Shown: positions 14,201 to 28,800 of the stretch, one piece after another
Layout of the letters: each line of letters begins with the position of its first letter
Position numbering within the stretch: the first letter of the stretch is position 1
Assembly: GCA_030141605.1 (NCBI GenBank)
Contig: JAQGDQ010000420.1
Location: 124,001-188,000 of the forward strand
Direction of reading: 5' to 3'
Origin: Tubiluchus corallicola
Taxonomy: Eukaryota; Animalia; Priapulida
DNA length: 64,000 nucleotides
The notes under the pieces: model-generated
Told to the model about the DNA's origin: nothing
What the model saw: only the letters and a program-made list of their open reading frames with translations
Database searches by the model: none
Program-made: the position numbers and the translations under genes

Positions 14201-14761
14201 AATGGCCAATAGGCAATACTAAATTTGGCTTCGATATTAATCTTTATGAAGTAAAATAAGCTTTTTAGGCAATTCCAACATTTGCTTAAGGTATATCATT
14301 TTTTATTGTCTCGCTGCACAGACAGATGATACGTTTCACTACTTCTTGGACAAATAGTAAACGGGCCAGCGAGCTACAGTGCCCGAGTTTTTTTTTATTA
14401 TGTCATAATTCTCGATTCTCGGCGGAAATCGCCAGAGCTCTACTTAGGCTGCCCATGTAAAACACTGTTTTTCCGCAAATTTAGGACAAGCGCTTTAACG
14501 GAAGTGTTCTGCTTCGCCTAGCGGCGTACTCCGCGTCATACAACCTAATTTACCTTGTTTAAGCACCTTATCCCGCAGACGTTGATCAGCGACAAATTCA
14601 GCTGGATTTTTAATATTAGTTAAAGAATATATTCCTGTTGTTGCTCTGTAGTAAATCCAAAATAATACACCAATAACCAACGTCAATAATATTAAGAAAA
14701 ACAAAGGTATGCTATCAAATATCGATGCAAAAAAACTCAAAAGTTTTAGTGCAGCAGCCAT
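2229..14761 (-). CDS. RETSAT: All-trans-retinol 13,14-reductase (RETSAT)-like FAD oxidoreductase, paralog A, 12 exons
   Basis: GT-AG exons in consistent phase: 14554-14761, 13598-13780, 12704-12813, 11507-11626, 10012-10112, 9043-9142, 6975-7175, 6363-6482, 4631-4894, 3769-3935, 2750-2909, 2229-2524. Has an N-terminal hydrophobic anchor, the Rossmann motif [12 protein letters not shown]...[14 protein letters not shown]...[40 protein letters not shown] and SGQDIFTGG. Confidence 0.93.
3064..3540. mobile_element. hAT-type MITE with ATCCG-rich subterminal repeats
   Basis: Termini TAGTGTTGCTCC / GGAGGAACACTA, degenerate 8-bp TSD GAGAACAC/CAGAATAC. Confidence 0.65.
5106..5656 (+). mobile_element. 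5S rRNA-derived SINE (SINE3-type) with RTE-derived tail, copy 1
   Basis: 5S-like head 5106-5222, GC-rich body, tail encoding [12 protein letters not shown], ending CCATTGTCTTCCGAGACAGAAAGATGC(CAA)n. TSD ACAATTTTGTAC at 5097-5108 and 5653-5664. Lies in an intron of RETSAT-A. Confidence 0.9.
7411..7485 (-). mobile_element. Degenerate tRNA-derived SINE head or tRNA pseudogene
   Basis: Minus strand has A-box-like TAACTTAAATGG and B-box-like GGGTCGAATTC at tRNA spacing. The cloverleaf is imperfect. Confidence 0.45.
7752..7891. repeat. 35-bp tandem repeat, 4 copies
   Basis: Unit TTGTGATCACAACGCACATGTGTAGCATGGACAAA. Confidence 0.92.
10185..10540 (-). mobile_element. Old RTE LINE 3' remnant
   Basis: Minus strand reads [16 protein letters not shown]...GKTSWKGCV, a degenerate RTE C-terminal region. 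Confidence 0.5.
13895..14040. repeat. ~30-bp tandem repeat, ~4-5 copies
   Basis: Unit GTAGGACGCGTCGTACATGGGCTAGCCCAA with variants. Confidence 0.8.
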
Positions 14762-15360
14762 AATTGCGCTGCAACAAAATAGCCAATCTTGACTAACATA
14801 CGCCAAGTCTACATAACGAACGACCACGGCGATTATAGAGTTAGAAAGTTAGAATAATAAAACAAGGCAAAAGAAAGTGAAAGTTTTTGTTTTATTGTTC
14901 TAACGCTTATTGCTGTGGTCCTTCATTATGTAGACTTAGAGTAATGGTTTACTATGTGCGAACTTTTCTGAGTCTCATATATCACATATTTTTTTTACAT
15001 TTCTTTTGAATTTCTTCATCCATGTACATGCGTTGACGCAACCTAGTTCGATGCAGAAACTGATGATGTTGACTATAAAAATGTACCATCAGCTTGTGAT
15101 TGCAGAACACACCCTAGAAGACAAATGATCTTAATCCTTGATCATCACGATTGTAGGATACGACATCAGTTCCGCTCCCAACTATAGCAAAATCCAGCGA
15201 GCTTTTCAAATTGACTTCTTCATAACTGTTCACTCGCATGTCATTTCAGTTATGGTTACTGCTTAATTTTGCACAGTCCTTTCTCTTCATTTTTCTCTAG
15301 TTTCCCCCTTTTTTCTTTCTCTCGCTCCCCCTTTCTCTTCTCTCCCCCCTCTCTCTCTAG

Positions 15361-15685
<325 letters not shown>

Positions 15686-16849
15686 TTGTTCTCCCTCACT
15701 CTTTCTCTCTCTTTTTCTCTCAATCCTGTCTCTCCCTCTCCCTCTCCCTCTCTTTGTCGTCTTGTCTCTACAGGTCATGTACACAAATCACAACGATGTT
15801 CAAATATAATTTCCAAGACAGAATGGAAAAAACGCCATCATCATTGCTGTCATCCTATGCTCTGATGATTAATTTACAATAGTACTATTATGATGGTTAT
15901 TAACTTTATAAAAAATGCCAAGTAAAAAAATTAAGACAGTTGTATACTTGAGAATATTTATAAAATGAAACTTAACTAAAACGAATTTTAAGCAAGCAAA
16001 ATCATAACAAATCGATATAACGCCAACATAAAAAACAAATGAAAATGAAATTGCAATTGCAATAATGCAAGCAAGCAATAAAAGATAAAAAGAACCAAGC
16101 AACGGAATTATTTCAAATTTCATGCAAATAATAATATTATAATATAATAATAACATTTATAATAATATATAAACTGTATATTATATGTATTGTAATAACT
16201 CACATAATGTACAAGAAAATAAATTATTAATGAGAGATTTGATAAACATTTATATATAATTATCTAAATCAACAGTGTCCATGTTTTACTTCTGACAAAA
16301 TTTTATTCAAAACAAATGTCAAATTTCCAAATTAGAATTATTTAAATCATTAGCGTTCTTTTTTAACAAATATTCGTGAAAACAAAATTATACTTTCATG
16401 CAGAACATATTAAAAAATGCAAAATACTTTAAAAAAGAAAGAAAGAAAAAGAGAGCAATACTGATAGAATCAGTATTATGCTGCTACTCTACAGATGTCA
16501 ATCAAAAACATTTTACATTGTTACTAAATGATCTATAATTCGATATGACAGTTTCTCAAGTCCGTGTTTGATTACTCCAGATCAATGTGTCTTGATACAT
16601 TGTGCCTTGTGCTAATTATTATTATTATTATTATTATTATCTTTCCTGTATCTCTGACTGACCATATGCATTTATCTACGTGCGATGTTATATATTGTCT
16701 TGGTATGCGTTCTGCGCTATCAGGTTTGCAACTTTGTACTGCAATAAACTCGTCTCGCGGTGAGCTAGGTAGTGTAGATTGGTGGTACAGTAGTGAATGT
16801 TGGCGCTGGATCCGTAGAGCTTACGTCTTGCTAGAATTATTAAAACGAA

Positions 16850-19800
16850 ATGTCCGTTTTTAAATTGTTTGACATGTTGTATACGTTTGTAGACGATAAT
16901 TGGCCTCTGTTACTAGCACTTCTGCTGATAGCAGTGTTTATTGGTTTACTTGCGTTACTTATGTATGATACCGAACCTGCAAGAACTCCATTTCGCGTTG
17001 GTTCTGTGCGTCCTCCGAAACCACTTGTCATTGATCAGAATGAAAGAGACAAGGTGATAAAACAAGGTAATCATTGTTTGACCAGCAAGTGACACTTATA
17101 AGGTGTAGATTTAATTAATTTACTAAAATGGGAAGAGAGAGATTGAAAAATTATTAAAGAGTGCTTGTTATGTACAGATGCTATACATTTTTTTGTGTGA
17201 TAACAATTATTGATAGTTTACTTTAATCAGATTGTTCCGCTAATAAAGTTAGACGTTTTCGAATATCCAGCAATAACAGTTTGTAAGTATGGTTGTGGGT
17301 CAGTCACAATCTCCTTCATAGAAAATAGGGTATGCTGCATTTGAGCTGCTCTTGCAATGTAAATGCTAAATGATCATGCTGCTGTATTAGCATAGTCAGT
17401 ACCGTTGACTAAGTAGGTCCGCTGTGCAGCGAACACATACCGCTGGTTTATGATAATCACTGGCAATCTGTGAAAGAAATGGGCCTAATCAGTGTCTATC
17501 GCTTTGTCTGTTCTTTTGGTAAAATGATATCCGCTTACTTGCCAGAAACGTTTGAATTTGTCATTAAAACTAACTGAGCTACAGTATGGACATAATTTTA
17601 ATGCTTCTTAATTTATGACCGTATTATATCATAAAATGACGTTTAGTGATATCATCTGGTATGGTCAAGGAAGAATGATAGTTTTCATAGTATTTAACAG
17701 TTTTCAGTCAGTATTGATAAACAGCAAATTTAATCGACTGTTAACATTATCTTACATGATGCTTGTTATATTTTTTTGAACAAATTCACTGTGATTTAGT
17801 AAATTAATAGTTTTAGCAGTCTAACACAAGCTTGGACAATTTGTATTGAACAATGATTTATTCCTTATTCCAAAATTCAATTGTCACTGTTTTTACATAA
17901 AAATTAATAAAGTCTTAATATATTGGTGATGGATTGTGATAAGTTACTGATTAGATGCACTTTGTATGTCAAAAACTGTCAGTGTGCTATTGGTCCAAAG
18001 TTCAGTGATTGCAAATAGTGTAGTTCTACTACTGACCAGCTGTAGAACTTGTTGACATGTACTCTGTGCATGATTTAATATTGACAGCTTGATTGCTTTA
18101 TCATTTCATCTCCAATTTGAATTGAGTAGGTCTTGTGGACATCATTAACATTGTAGCCTATTATACATAATTTATTATATATTCTAATTAATATATATCG
18201 AATATGTTATAATTTTGCCAACATAATATACATTCATACCTCTGTTTTCGACCATAATTCGTTCCTAAGAAGTGTTTGAAAACCGATTTGGTTGAGAACT
18301 GAATCATTTATTCCCATAAGAAATATTGTAAAAGCAAATAATCCATTCTCAATTACCAAATGAACTGTAAAGTATTACTAAAACGAAATATAATAATGCA
18401 AAAATGTTTATTCAAACAGATGATATGATACAATTGATAAGAAAAACAATAGAATTACTTAGAAAGAAAAACATATTTGTTCCTGCATGAAAAAGCGGAA
18501 AAAAAATAAGCATAGAAAGCACTTAGCGACGTTAGGCGATTCAAATGTTGTGCGTGACTACTCTCGGGCGCGGTCGGTTATGCTCGGCTCGCCACGCATG
18601 TGTTCATCACGTGTTTGTCGAATACCGAAATTCTTGTCGAGAACGGAGACAATTTAGCATCCAGTATCCAGCATTCAATGTTCAGTACGCATTATCCAAT
18701 ATTTTCTGTCGAAAACCGATTTGTACGAGTACGGAGATGTTCGAAAACGGAGGTATCACTGTATGATGAGAAATTGTATATTTCAGGAAATGCAACTTTT
18801 GACTGCAGATAGTTTCTGATATAAGAGTTTCATGATAGCTATGCATTATGTGGACTATGTTTCCTCTTACAGTAGTTGCTTTCTTAAACTTTAGAAATGA
18901 GCCTGTAGCATTACAGTAGTTATGAAGTACTGAAAATCAAATGTACAGACTGTACTTAATACAGCTATAATTAATAAAAAAGTCATATGTGTAAGTTGTA
19001 CATCTGATCAAGTGTAGCTGACGCATTGTAATACAGGTACTCAATGTTGATCATTTGGACATGATTAGAACTAGTTCTTAAAACTCGGGTAAAAAGCATT
19101 TTTCACATGCTGCAAGCCAGTATCCAGCATCCAGTATGTAATATGCAAAGTCCAGCATCCATAACCCAGCACTTATTATCCAGCATCCAGCATCTAATAT
19201 CTAGTATCCAGTATTCAGTGTTCAGCATCCAATAGTATTCGGTATGTAATATGCTGCACCCAGCATTCAATATCCAGCATCCAGTATCCAATATCTATCA
19301 TCCAGTATGTAATATCCATTATCTGGCATTCACAACCTATGCATTCAGTAGCTAGTGCTCATCCAGTGCCCATCATTTAGCATCCAGCATTCAGTGTTCA
19401 GTATGCATTATCCAACATTTAAAATCTAGTATCCACCATCCAGAATCCAGCATCCGACGTCTAGTATCCAGTATTCAATATTCAGCATCCAATATCCAGA
19501 ATCAAGCATTCAGCATCCAATATCCAGAATCAGACATTCAGTATTCAGCATCCAGTATTTAGTATCCGGTATTCAATATTCAGCTTCCAGTAATCACACA
19601 TTCAGTATGCAGCATCTAGTATCCAGCAGTAACTAGCCAGTGGCTACTTAATATTATCAGATAATAAACAGGGTTGAGGTTAGCTGTGTGGACAAGTAGA
19701 TAATCTTGAAACATGAAAATCAATGTATATAGTAACGTTTGAGACACCTGATATTCTAAATAAACTTTAATAATTCAGTTAGTAATGCACTTTATGATGG

Positions 19801-22800
19801 ACTGGATTTATTACGTTATGAAATAAAATTCATGAAAAAATATATTGCTAAGTGATTTTTAAATGGCCATGTGATTGGAACTGTTGCCTTTATGAAAATA
19901 CATTTAGATCACTTTAAGGTAATTAAAATAAGAGAGTGACTTTATTGCCTAGAGTTTCATTATACTTAATTAAAAAATTTATTCTAGGTTTTAAGAGAGA
20001 TAAGGTACCAGAGCAACTTGATGCGATTGTCATAGGCAGTGGTATAGGCGGTCTGGCGGCCGCGTCGCTCATGGCTCGAGCTGGGAAAAAAGTGCTGGTT
20101 CTAGAACAACACGACCAAGCTGGTGGTTGCTGCCATACATTCATAGAGAAAGGTTTTGAGTTCGACGTAGGTAAGGAAATATTCTGACACAGGTATCCAG
20201 CATTCAATATCCAGCATCCAATAGTATCCGGTATGTAATATGCTGTACCTAGCGTTCAATATCCAGCATCCAATAGTATCCGGTATGTAATATGCTGTAC
20301 CTAGCGTGCAATATCCAGCATCCAGTGTCTAATAACTATTATCCAGTTGATAATGTCCATTATCTGGCATGTTTCTGAAATGTGATGCTACTGATAATTT
20401 GATATAGTATCAAGTTCACCGTATAGCCTACATAATTGATTTGTAATTAAGATTCATGAGACGACTTGCTTCATGTTTTACATAGTTACAGATATACAAA
20501 CTTAACGGCTGGTTTATAGGAATGACCAAGATACTCATCACCTATAATATTTTTGCCAACATCATTCTCTTTGGTGTCTAGAATTTGTGTTCCATATTTA
20601 CAGTCATGCAGTGGCGTCGTATTTTTTGTTTGCATTTACGAGCATTTAATTGAATTTCTAAGCTAATGTGTAATAATTGTCAAATATTATCATTAAAGGC
20701 AATAAAATCTATGTTTTGTATCGGCTGTTGAAATAACCTTTGCTCCAAAGAAATTCATGACTTAGTAGTTAAGCAAACTGAAATATTTTAAATGAGTGTG
20801 ATGAGTAAATAAATTTATTTCGTAATTCTTACAAAAAATAAAATGGCTATTTGTATTTAGGCATTCACTACATTGGAGAAATGCGCTCTGATACAATGCT
20901 TCGAGCTCTCATGGACTCGATCACCGACGGCCAATTAAAATGGTCTGACCTGGACGATAATTATGACACTGTAAGTTGTGGTATCAATACTTGTATTAAA
21001 ACAAAATCACTGCTGGCACAGTTATAATGTTATGCATAAATTTATGTTTGTGCACACAAGTTTATGTACATAAGTATTGAATATATGCTGAGTAATGGAT
21101 AACGTTAACGTAACCCAAACTATTTTCCTGCTTGTGCTAAGCTTCTTTTTACACTTATTTCATTCATATGTTGTTTTGCTATTTCATTCTTGTGTTATTT
21201 TTTGTATTATTTCTTGTTTTTTGCTACATTGGCTCTTATGGAAAGTGTGTGTGTGCACATGCAATTTTTTCTTCATTTTTTTCTGATTGTTTTTGCTACT
21301 AAATTTGCACACCGGCTGCATAGTAGTGCCTGAGTCCGTACCAAATCCAGTTCTGAGTCCGTACGTGGTCTATACCTGTTGGAAATGCCAGGCTATTCAA
21401 TTCAATTCCAAATTTTTATTTGTCTCTCTCAGTGGGTTACAAAGGGTTCGAAATTATAGTTAGTAAATTATATTAACAAAATAGAGACGGGTTGGCGAAA
21501 GACCAGTGGTCATCGAACAGCCACCTCTGTATAAATATGTTATTTTTAGATACCACAGCTCTTTTAAATTTAATAATACGAATATGTTATGTCTATTATT
21601 TGTGCTACCATGTGTTGTGGATTTAATATTGCCTGACGAGCCAATAACTAAGTTTGCGCAAATGAGATTAACCAGTTTACAGATATTTTGAAGTTTATGG
21701 TGAGCAAAATCAACAAAGTAAAGCAACTTAATATAATTGTTAGAAACACAGTTGCAGGCTAGACTTGATTTGGTCTCGGCACACACTAGATTTGCCCCTA
21801 TAAATCAAAAGTGAATAAACTGATTCAATAGTTTGAGAAAATATCGAGTTTCTTAGAGAAACGTAGAATGACTTACATTTTTACCCTTTTCCAGGTTGCT
21901 TTAGGACCGCCGGGAAAATCTCGTTTCTTCCCTTTGAGGAACGGTCCAAAAGATGCCTACCGGAATTCTCTGCTTGAGAGTTTTCCAGATGAGAAAGCAG
22001 CCATAGAAAAGTGGATGGATTTACTAAAGGTATTAGTTTTGGTAGTTGCAGTGAACATATGGTGCTTTTGCTAGTGATGACAGTGGCTTTGGTAACAGCA
22101 GCAGCAGGGCAGCAGTTCAGTATAGCGGCAGCAGCAACAATGACAACAACACCGGGTACAGCAAAGCAAGAAAAAAGTGGCAAAAACGACATCAACAACA
22201 CATTGCATAGTGACATACTTAAGAAGCTATTGCACATCGAATCGGAAGCAGTTTTATTCCATTATGTACATTAAAAGTTTTTATTTCCTGTTTGTTTTAT
22301 CATATAGGCTAAAGCCACAGATTAGCATTAGTTCAATGAATGAAACAGCACGCATATTTGGATCACTAACTTGTCATGGCTTAACCCTTTCTCTATGTAG
22401 TTCCTTTTTAACTGGACCACATTGACTTTTGCACATTTGACAATAACTTTTTGTGGTGTGCTACCAAAATAGAATGTTGTAAATAACCAAATAGTTGTTC
22501 GCTATTGAGTAATAATATTAAATACTTGTTTTATTTCTACTCATACGATCACATATACATGCACTCATGTGCACACACACACACACACGTGCAGGTCCTC
22601 ATAAATAAGCATGTATACTTGTATTTAGAAACCAGTTTTCACAAAAGATATAGTACTAATCCATAATATGCAATCATTTTATAAGAATGCAGACCAGTCA
22701 GCTAAACATATTGCATATTATATATTGCATTAAAGTGGTTTCTAAATATAGGTATACATGCTTATTTATGGTATTTATGAGGATATGCACGTGCGTGTGT

Positions 22801-25800
22801 GTGTGTTTGTGTGTGTATGTGTGTGTGTGTGTGTGCGCGCGCATGAGTGCATGTATATGTTATCGTAGAATATGTATATGAATAGAAATCATCAACGATC
22901 TACAAGTGATTATGCATGGTAACATACCATGCAGTAGAGTATTGTGGAATGCACCTGACTTCAGACACTGATTGGCTGGCTAGCATTGTTGCAAAGCAAC
23001 CCCAATCCCACGGCTCTTAAACTTTTCTACAATGTTTTGCTGGGCCGTAGCAGTGAAATAAACAGACGTAGGTGACTGTGCTTGGTGCTGAGCTTGGACG
23101 GCAGTCTACCGCCTTCCGTCCCTTGCATGAAAAGCAGGCAGCAGTGTGCCACCTTCCCTAGTGAAAGGGTTAATGCAATCAATATCTAAGAGTACATAGT
23201 ATTCGCCGAACATTTTTATTTTTACTGACATGAGCAATTATTCTGCTTTGCAGATTTGCCGTAAGAGCTTTGCCGGTGGGATGATATTGAAATTTTTGCC
23301 TAAATACTTAGCAAGAATATTTATGGGATTGGGAATTATGAACTGGTTCACCAGTTACTTTAAATATGCTAATAAATCACTGGGCGAAGTGCTGAATGAA
23401 GTGACCGATAATAAAGACCTTCAGGCAGTTCTTGCTTACTGTTTTGGAGATTATGGTGAGTTTACTTGCGTATATTTTTATTCAAAACCTCCTAGCTGTT
23501 TCTGCTACCGTGACTACAGGGTGAATTCATCAGGTTCCCACGGTCAGGGAAAATGCTTGAAAACACAGACTATCCTGGTAAGTCATGGAAAAGTCAGGGA
23601 AAATGATGAAAATGGGGCGAAAAGTAAAGGAAATTGGAAAGGGTTGCAAAAATAATCACCGTGAGCCGATATTTTTCCAAGCATATTTTTGTTTGTTCAA
23701 TATATTTGTTCATATAAAATTTTGCTATGGCAGGCTCCCAGTTTCGATTTCTGTTCCAAACATAATGATTGGCTGACGCATTATATATTAGTATATGTAT
23801 GAATGTCCATACACAAAAATGTATGAATTTGTATACTGGTAATACAATTTCTGCTTATCTTGGTCATGGAAAATCAATATTTGGTCAAGGAAAAGTCAGG
23901 GCAATTTATTTTAAAATTATGTAGGAACCCTGCTTCCTTATTTGTCATGTATGGAGGTGACTGGTCAAAAGTCTGTGTCTAAAAATGAAATAAGTGGGAC
24001 AGTTGAATATCGTGTAATCGTGATTATATATTTTTTCTGCTGCTATTTATTTGTTTGCAAAGAAGCCGCATCTTTTGGTTGGTAAAGTCATTTCCTTGCA
24101 GCCATACGAACACGCACAACTGTTTTTATTTTATCGACCCACTCATAATTCACTTGGCAAAATTTTTGCAATTTTATTAGTCCGAAATGTACCATTTGCT
24201 AGTCGCTCCGTAAGAGCAGGTCTTACTTTTGTTTTAATTTTTCAAGCAAATTTAAGAGATGTGAATAGTCATGTGGTTACTGTGTGTGCTCACTAATCAA
24301 AGTTATGCAATGCCATGTCTGGTCATCAAATGGACGCGTGGCCACCTTGTTCTGTACTTCTAGACAGTTGTATTACCTCACTCACTGCCTCATTATAGAG
24401 AATTACCCTTGATAATAAGACAGGTTCTGGTCCTGCCACCATCAGTACATTAGGTAAACATTGTTGGTGAGTGCTAATCCCAGCTTGCAGTGTCCCAATC
24501 TGTAAGAAAAAAATTCCTACTGTTTATTACTGCTTGTTTCTTTGTAATATTTTTCAGCAAAATGCCAAAAATTTTAATCCTTTCTTATTGTTTAGGATCC
24601 ATGCCATCCGAGGTTAGTTTCATCTTGCACACGGGTCTAATCAACCATTTTCTTTACGGTGCCTCCTATCCGAGAGGCGGAGCTAGCGAAATCGCATTCC
24701 ACATCATCCCAAGCATAGAGCGCGCTGGTGGCAAGGTGATGGTTCGAGCTCCCGTGTCTCAGATATTGATCAAAAATGGCAAAGCAGTGGGTGAGTAATG
24801 TGTTAATGTGGTTGTTGTTTGCATTATTATTTATTGTTTACTCTATGCAGCAGTGGTTCTCAACCAGTGAGCTATGGCATACTCTCCAAATGGACCGTGT
24901 AGCGTGCTGAGAGAATCATTTTTTCGTATACCTGTCTTGTGAATTAAGTGAAGATTTTGTCAAAAAGTGGAACGTGATTTGTACAAAGAACTATTAAAGT
25001 TTTCTAACAAAAACACCATTTCTGTAAAATTTTTGTTCCTTTATATTTTATCTTTTACCAAAAGTCATGCACGTAGATTTTTGGCCAAGGCAGACTGCAG
25101 TTTGAAATGGGGACAGAGCATTTTATTCAGAAAGGCAACTGGGCTGTGGACCCAAAAAGCTTGGAAACCACTGCCATACAGTAGTACCACGTTACTTGTT
25201 TATTGTATTTATTTTTGTCCAGCATAACGATAGAGCAGAAACTCGTTTTCACCTGTATTTTTACAATATTTACACACAAGTTTGCATGAAGCCCATCAAA
25301 ATTTTGCGTTTTTTTCTTCTTATAGAGACATGGCTTAATTTGTATTTGATCTTTATTTCCTTTGAGAATCCGACAATTTTTCTGAGACACATTATTTTAA
25401 AACACAAGAAAACACTCTTCATAAATAAAGCTTAAAAATAGTTTTTAAATTTTATATCACTTACATGTTGTCTTATTGCACACAGGCCTTGCGTAAGCAA
25501 AAGACTGGATAAAATTTGTAAATTTAAACTCCTGCGATGACCGTTAGATGCAGCAAGTTTAACAGTAAGTCCATTGAAACAAACTTAGATAACATTTTGC
25601 AGAATTTTGAAAAATAAACAGTAAGTAAGTAAGTAAGTAAAAAAATTTATTTGTCTCTGAATGTTACAAAATAAAGATAAACAAAAGCTAAAAACTAAAA
25701 TAAAGACGGAAAAGAGACGGGGTGTCGAAAAGACCAAGGGTCACCAAGTCAACCACCCCTATCCAAACTGAAGAAAATTAAGTGACCTGTCAAGTAAGGT

Positions 25801-28800
25801 ATGTACAAATAAAAATAATCAGCAACTAAACAAAATAAAAAAAATAAATAAATAAGTCAACAAGTTCAAATGAGTTTAGATTTAGAAACAGTAAATAAAT
25901 TTGGCAATGAGAAGAGACGAAATTCAAATTAGCAAACAAAACGGAAAATTTAAACTCATCAAAAACAAAACTAATAATTACATATAAATCAAGAACTCAA
26001 ACCAACATAAGAAGCGAAAAAATGAAGCAATGTCAAGCCATGAGTTAATCATCACCAGGTCAAGTACCTCTATCCAGATTTAAAGGAAATTATATAACCA
26101 GACAAGGAAAATTATAATAATCTAACAGAATATTGGTAGCTCACTCTTCACTAATTAAGCAAAAGTTTAATACCAGTTGTACCTTTTCCCTCATTTACGA
26201 CTTTCAACAAAGGTAGTACAAAGGTGTAGCTGTGTTGCATTACATATGTGTAGCTAGGTTAACTGGCAATAATAATAACAATAACATTAATTTTTTGAAT
26301 ATTTTAAAGGCATTTTACGTGATGATCAACTACATCTTACAAGTAAAGGGTCATCAAAATTACAAAAAAGTTAATTCGTAAGATATATAAGGCCATGGCA
26401 CATTGATTGATTAAAAGTGCATTGCACATGACAAAAAAGGGAAAATAATAAAAACACGGATAATTTAGTAAAATAATAAAAGCTATGCCATAAAACATAC
26501 ACCATCGTAAAAAATGCAGGATTAGCTCAACCACAGAAGGCTTCATTAAAATAATAGTGCTTCATCGTAAATTACTGCATCTCACTTACTAACTGTGAAT
26601 ATTTTCAGGCGTGAAGGTGAAGAAGACGAGCGGACATATTGACATCTTCGCGCCTCTTGTCATCTCAGATGCGGGCGTCTTCAACACATTCCAAAGACTT
26701 TTACCTGTTGAGATCGCAAGCAAAACCAGTACGTTTATTTTTTCACTTGTTACATCTAATTTTACTATAAAAAATAAACGTCGTACAGACCAACATAGAT
26801 TAAAACTCGCGGAAGATATTACCAGAGTAGTAACATATCGTCACATACATGTGATTTGGAATGATACAGTAAAAATTTTGCTGTGAGCTTGCAGTTCATA
26901 TAATCACAAACATTAACAATGATGAGCCATCAACTTCCTCCATTTTTCGTACTTAGAAAATTACGTATTACGACGTACTTAGAAAATTATGTATTTTGAC
27001 GTACTTAGAAAATTACGTACTATGACATACTTAGAAAATTACGTACTGTGACGTACTTAGAAAATTACGTACTGTGACGTACTTAGAAAATTACGTACTA
27101 TGACGTACTTAGAAAATTACGTACTGTGACATACTTAAAAAATTACGTACTGTGACGTACTTAGAAAATTACGTACTATGACGTACTTAGAAAATTACGT
27201 ACTATGACGTACTTAGAAAATTACGTACTGTGACATACTTAGAAAATTACTTACTATGACTTACTTAGAAAATCACATACTATGATGTACTTAGAAAATT
27301 ACGTACTATGACGTACTTAGAAAATTACGTACTATGACATACTTAGAAAATTACGTACTATGATGTACTTAGAAAATTACGTACTATGACGTACTTAAAA
27401 AATTACATACTATGACATACTTAGAAAATCACGTACTATGACATACTTAGAAAATTACATACTATGATGTACTTAGAAAATTACATACTATGACGTACTT
27501 AGAAAATTACGTATTATGACGTACTTAGAAAATTACGTACTATGACGTACTTAGAAAATTACGTACTATGACGTACTTAGAAAATTATGTAGTATGACGT
27601 TCTTAGAAAATTACATAAGAGAAGACAAGGATGGTAACATCATTGAGATAAATAGGCTGTCTAAGGTGTTACTTTAAGCACATTATTGATACAGGTTAAA
27701 TTTTTTTTCACTTTGTAAAACGAAGACTTGAATTTTAGAATGTAATACGTTTGATGGTATGCAAGCCTCAGATACGAGTTAATTCAGAATATGGTGCTTT
27801 GAGAAAAGAAATTGACTAAAGGAGGCCAGCAGTTTCAGTCACCGTACTAATTTTTGTTATTTACTTCATCAATCCTATAAACACACACAAGCAATATTAA
27901 ATTACAAGCCTGAAAAATTTTGACCTCTGTTGAAACATGAACTTAATAGTAATATCTTCAGTTTTTTGCTGGATTATTTCAGCTGTGCGTGAAAAATTTT
28001 GACCTCTGTTGAGACATGAACTTAATAGTAATACCTTCAGCTTTTTGCTGGTTTATTTCACCTGTGCTATCCATTACACCATTGAGGCATTCGCCTTTTC
28101 AAGTGAAGTTGTGTTGAGACGCACAGTTACAAGGCAGGCTAAAAATCTTGCAAGTTCAAGCGGCAACTCAAGTGCGTTATCTTTAATCAATACTGTTCAA
28201 ACTGTTTTGATTTATGCAGGTATTTATCCTTTAATTAAACGGAAGAAAGTGAAAAGCGGAGTTGGTGCCATGTCATTGTTTGTGGGTCTGCGAGGAACAA
28301 AGGAAGAACTGGGTTTAAAAGCCAACAACATTTGGGCATTTACTAGTAAGATATAAATAAAACATTTGTTTTTTATCATAATATAATGTTTGTCAAGACT
28401 CGTATATAAGCCTTACTTTGTTCATTACTTACTCATGCGTAAGTCTTATTTGTTTCATTATTTCATAATCGAATTTCATTTATTTATTATGTAAACAAGT
28501 GAATATATAAGAATTCCGTCAGTTTTAAGCAGATATCGAAGATGAGGTTGACTCAGTAGAGCTGACTTTCTATAATGCACCAGCAATGACTCAAAATGAG
28601 TGGGAAAACCCGAGAAGCAGAACCGACATTCCGTCTACAAAATCTGCTCCAACCAGTGTTTTGATTCAAAACAAATTTAAGCTTTTGTAACTCAAAATCT
28701 CTTTGCATATGCATCAAATTCCATTTTCCTGTACCAGAGAGCATGTAGCTAATTAACTCAGGTCTGTTAATCTTGCTAATCATAGTTAAACATTCTCTTT

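Noticed and set aside
26948-27616. CRISPR-like array (also the 29-, 36- and 23-bp arrays)
   Set aside because: The repeats are contiguous with no unique spacers, there are no cas genes, and the context is eukaryotic. These are minisatellites.
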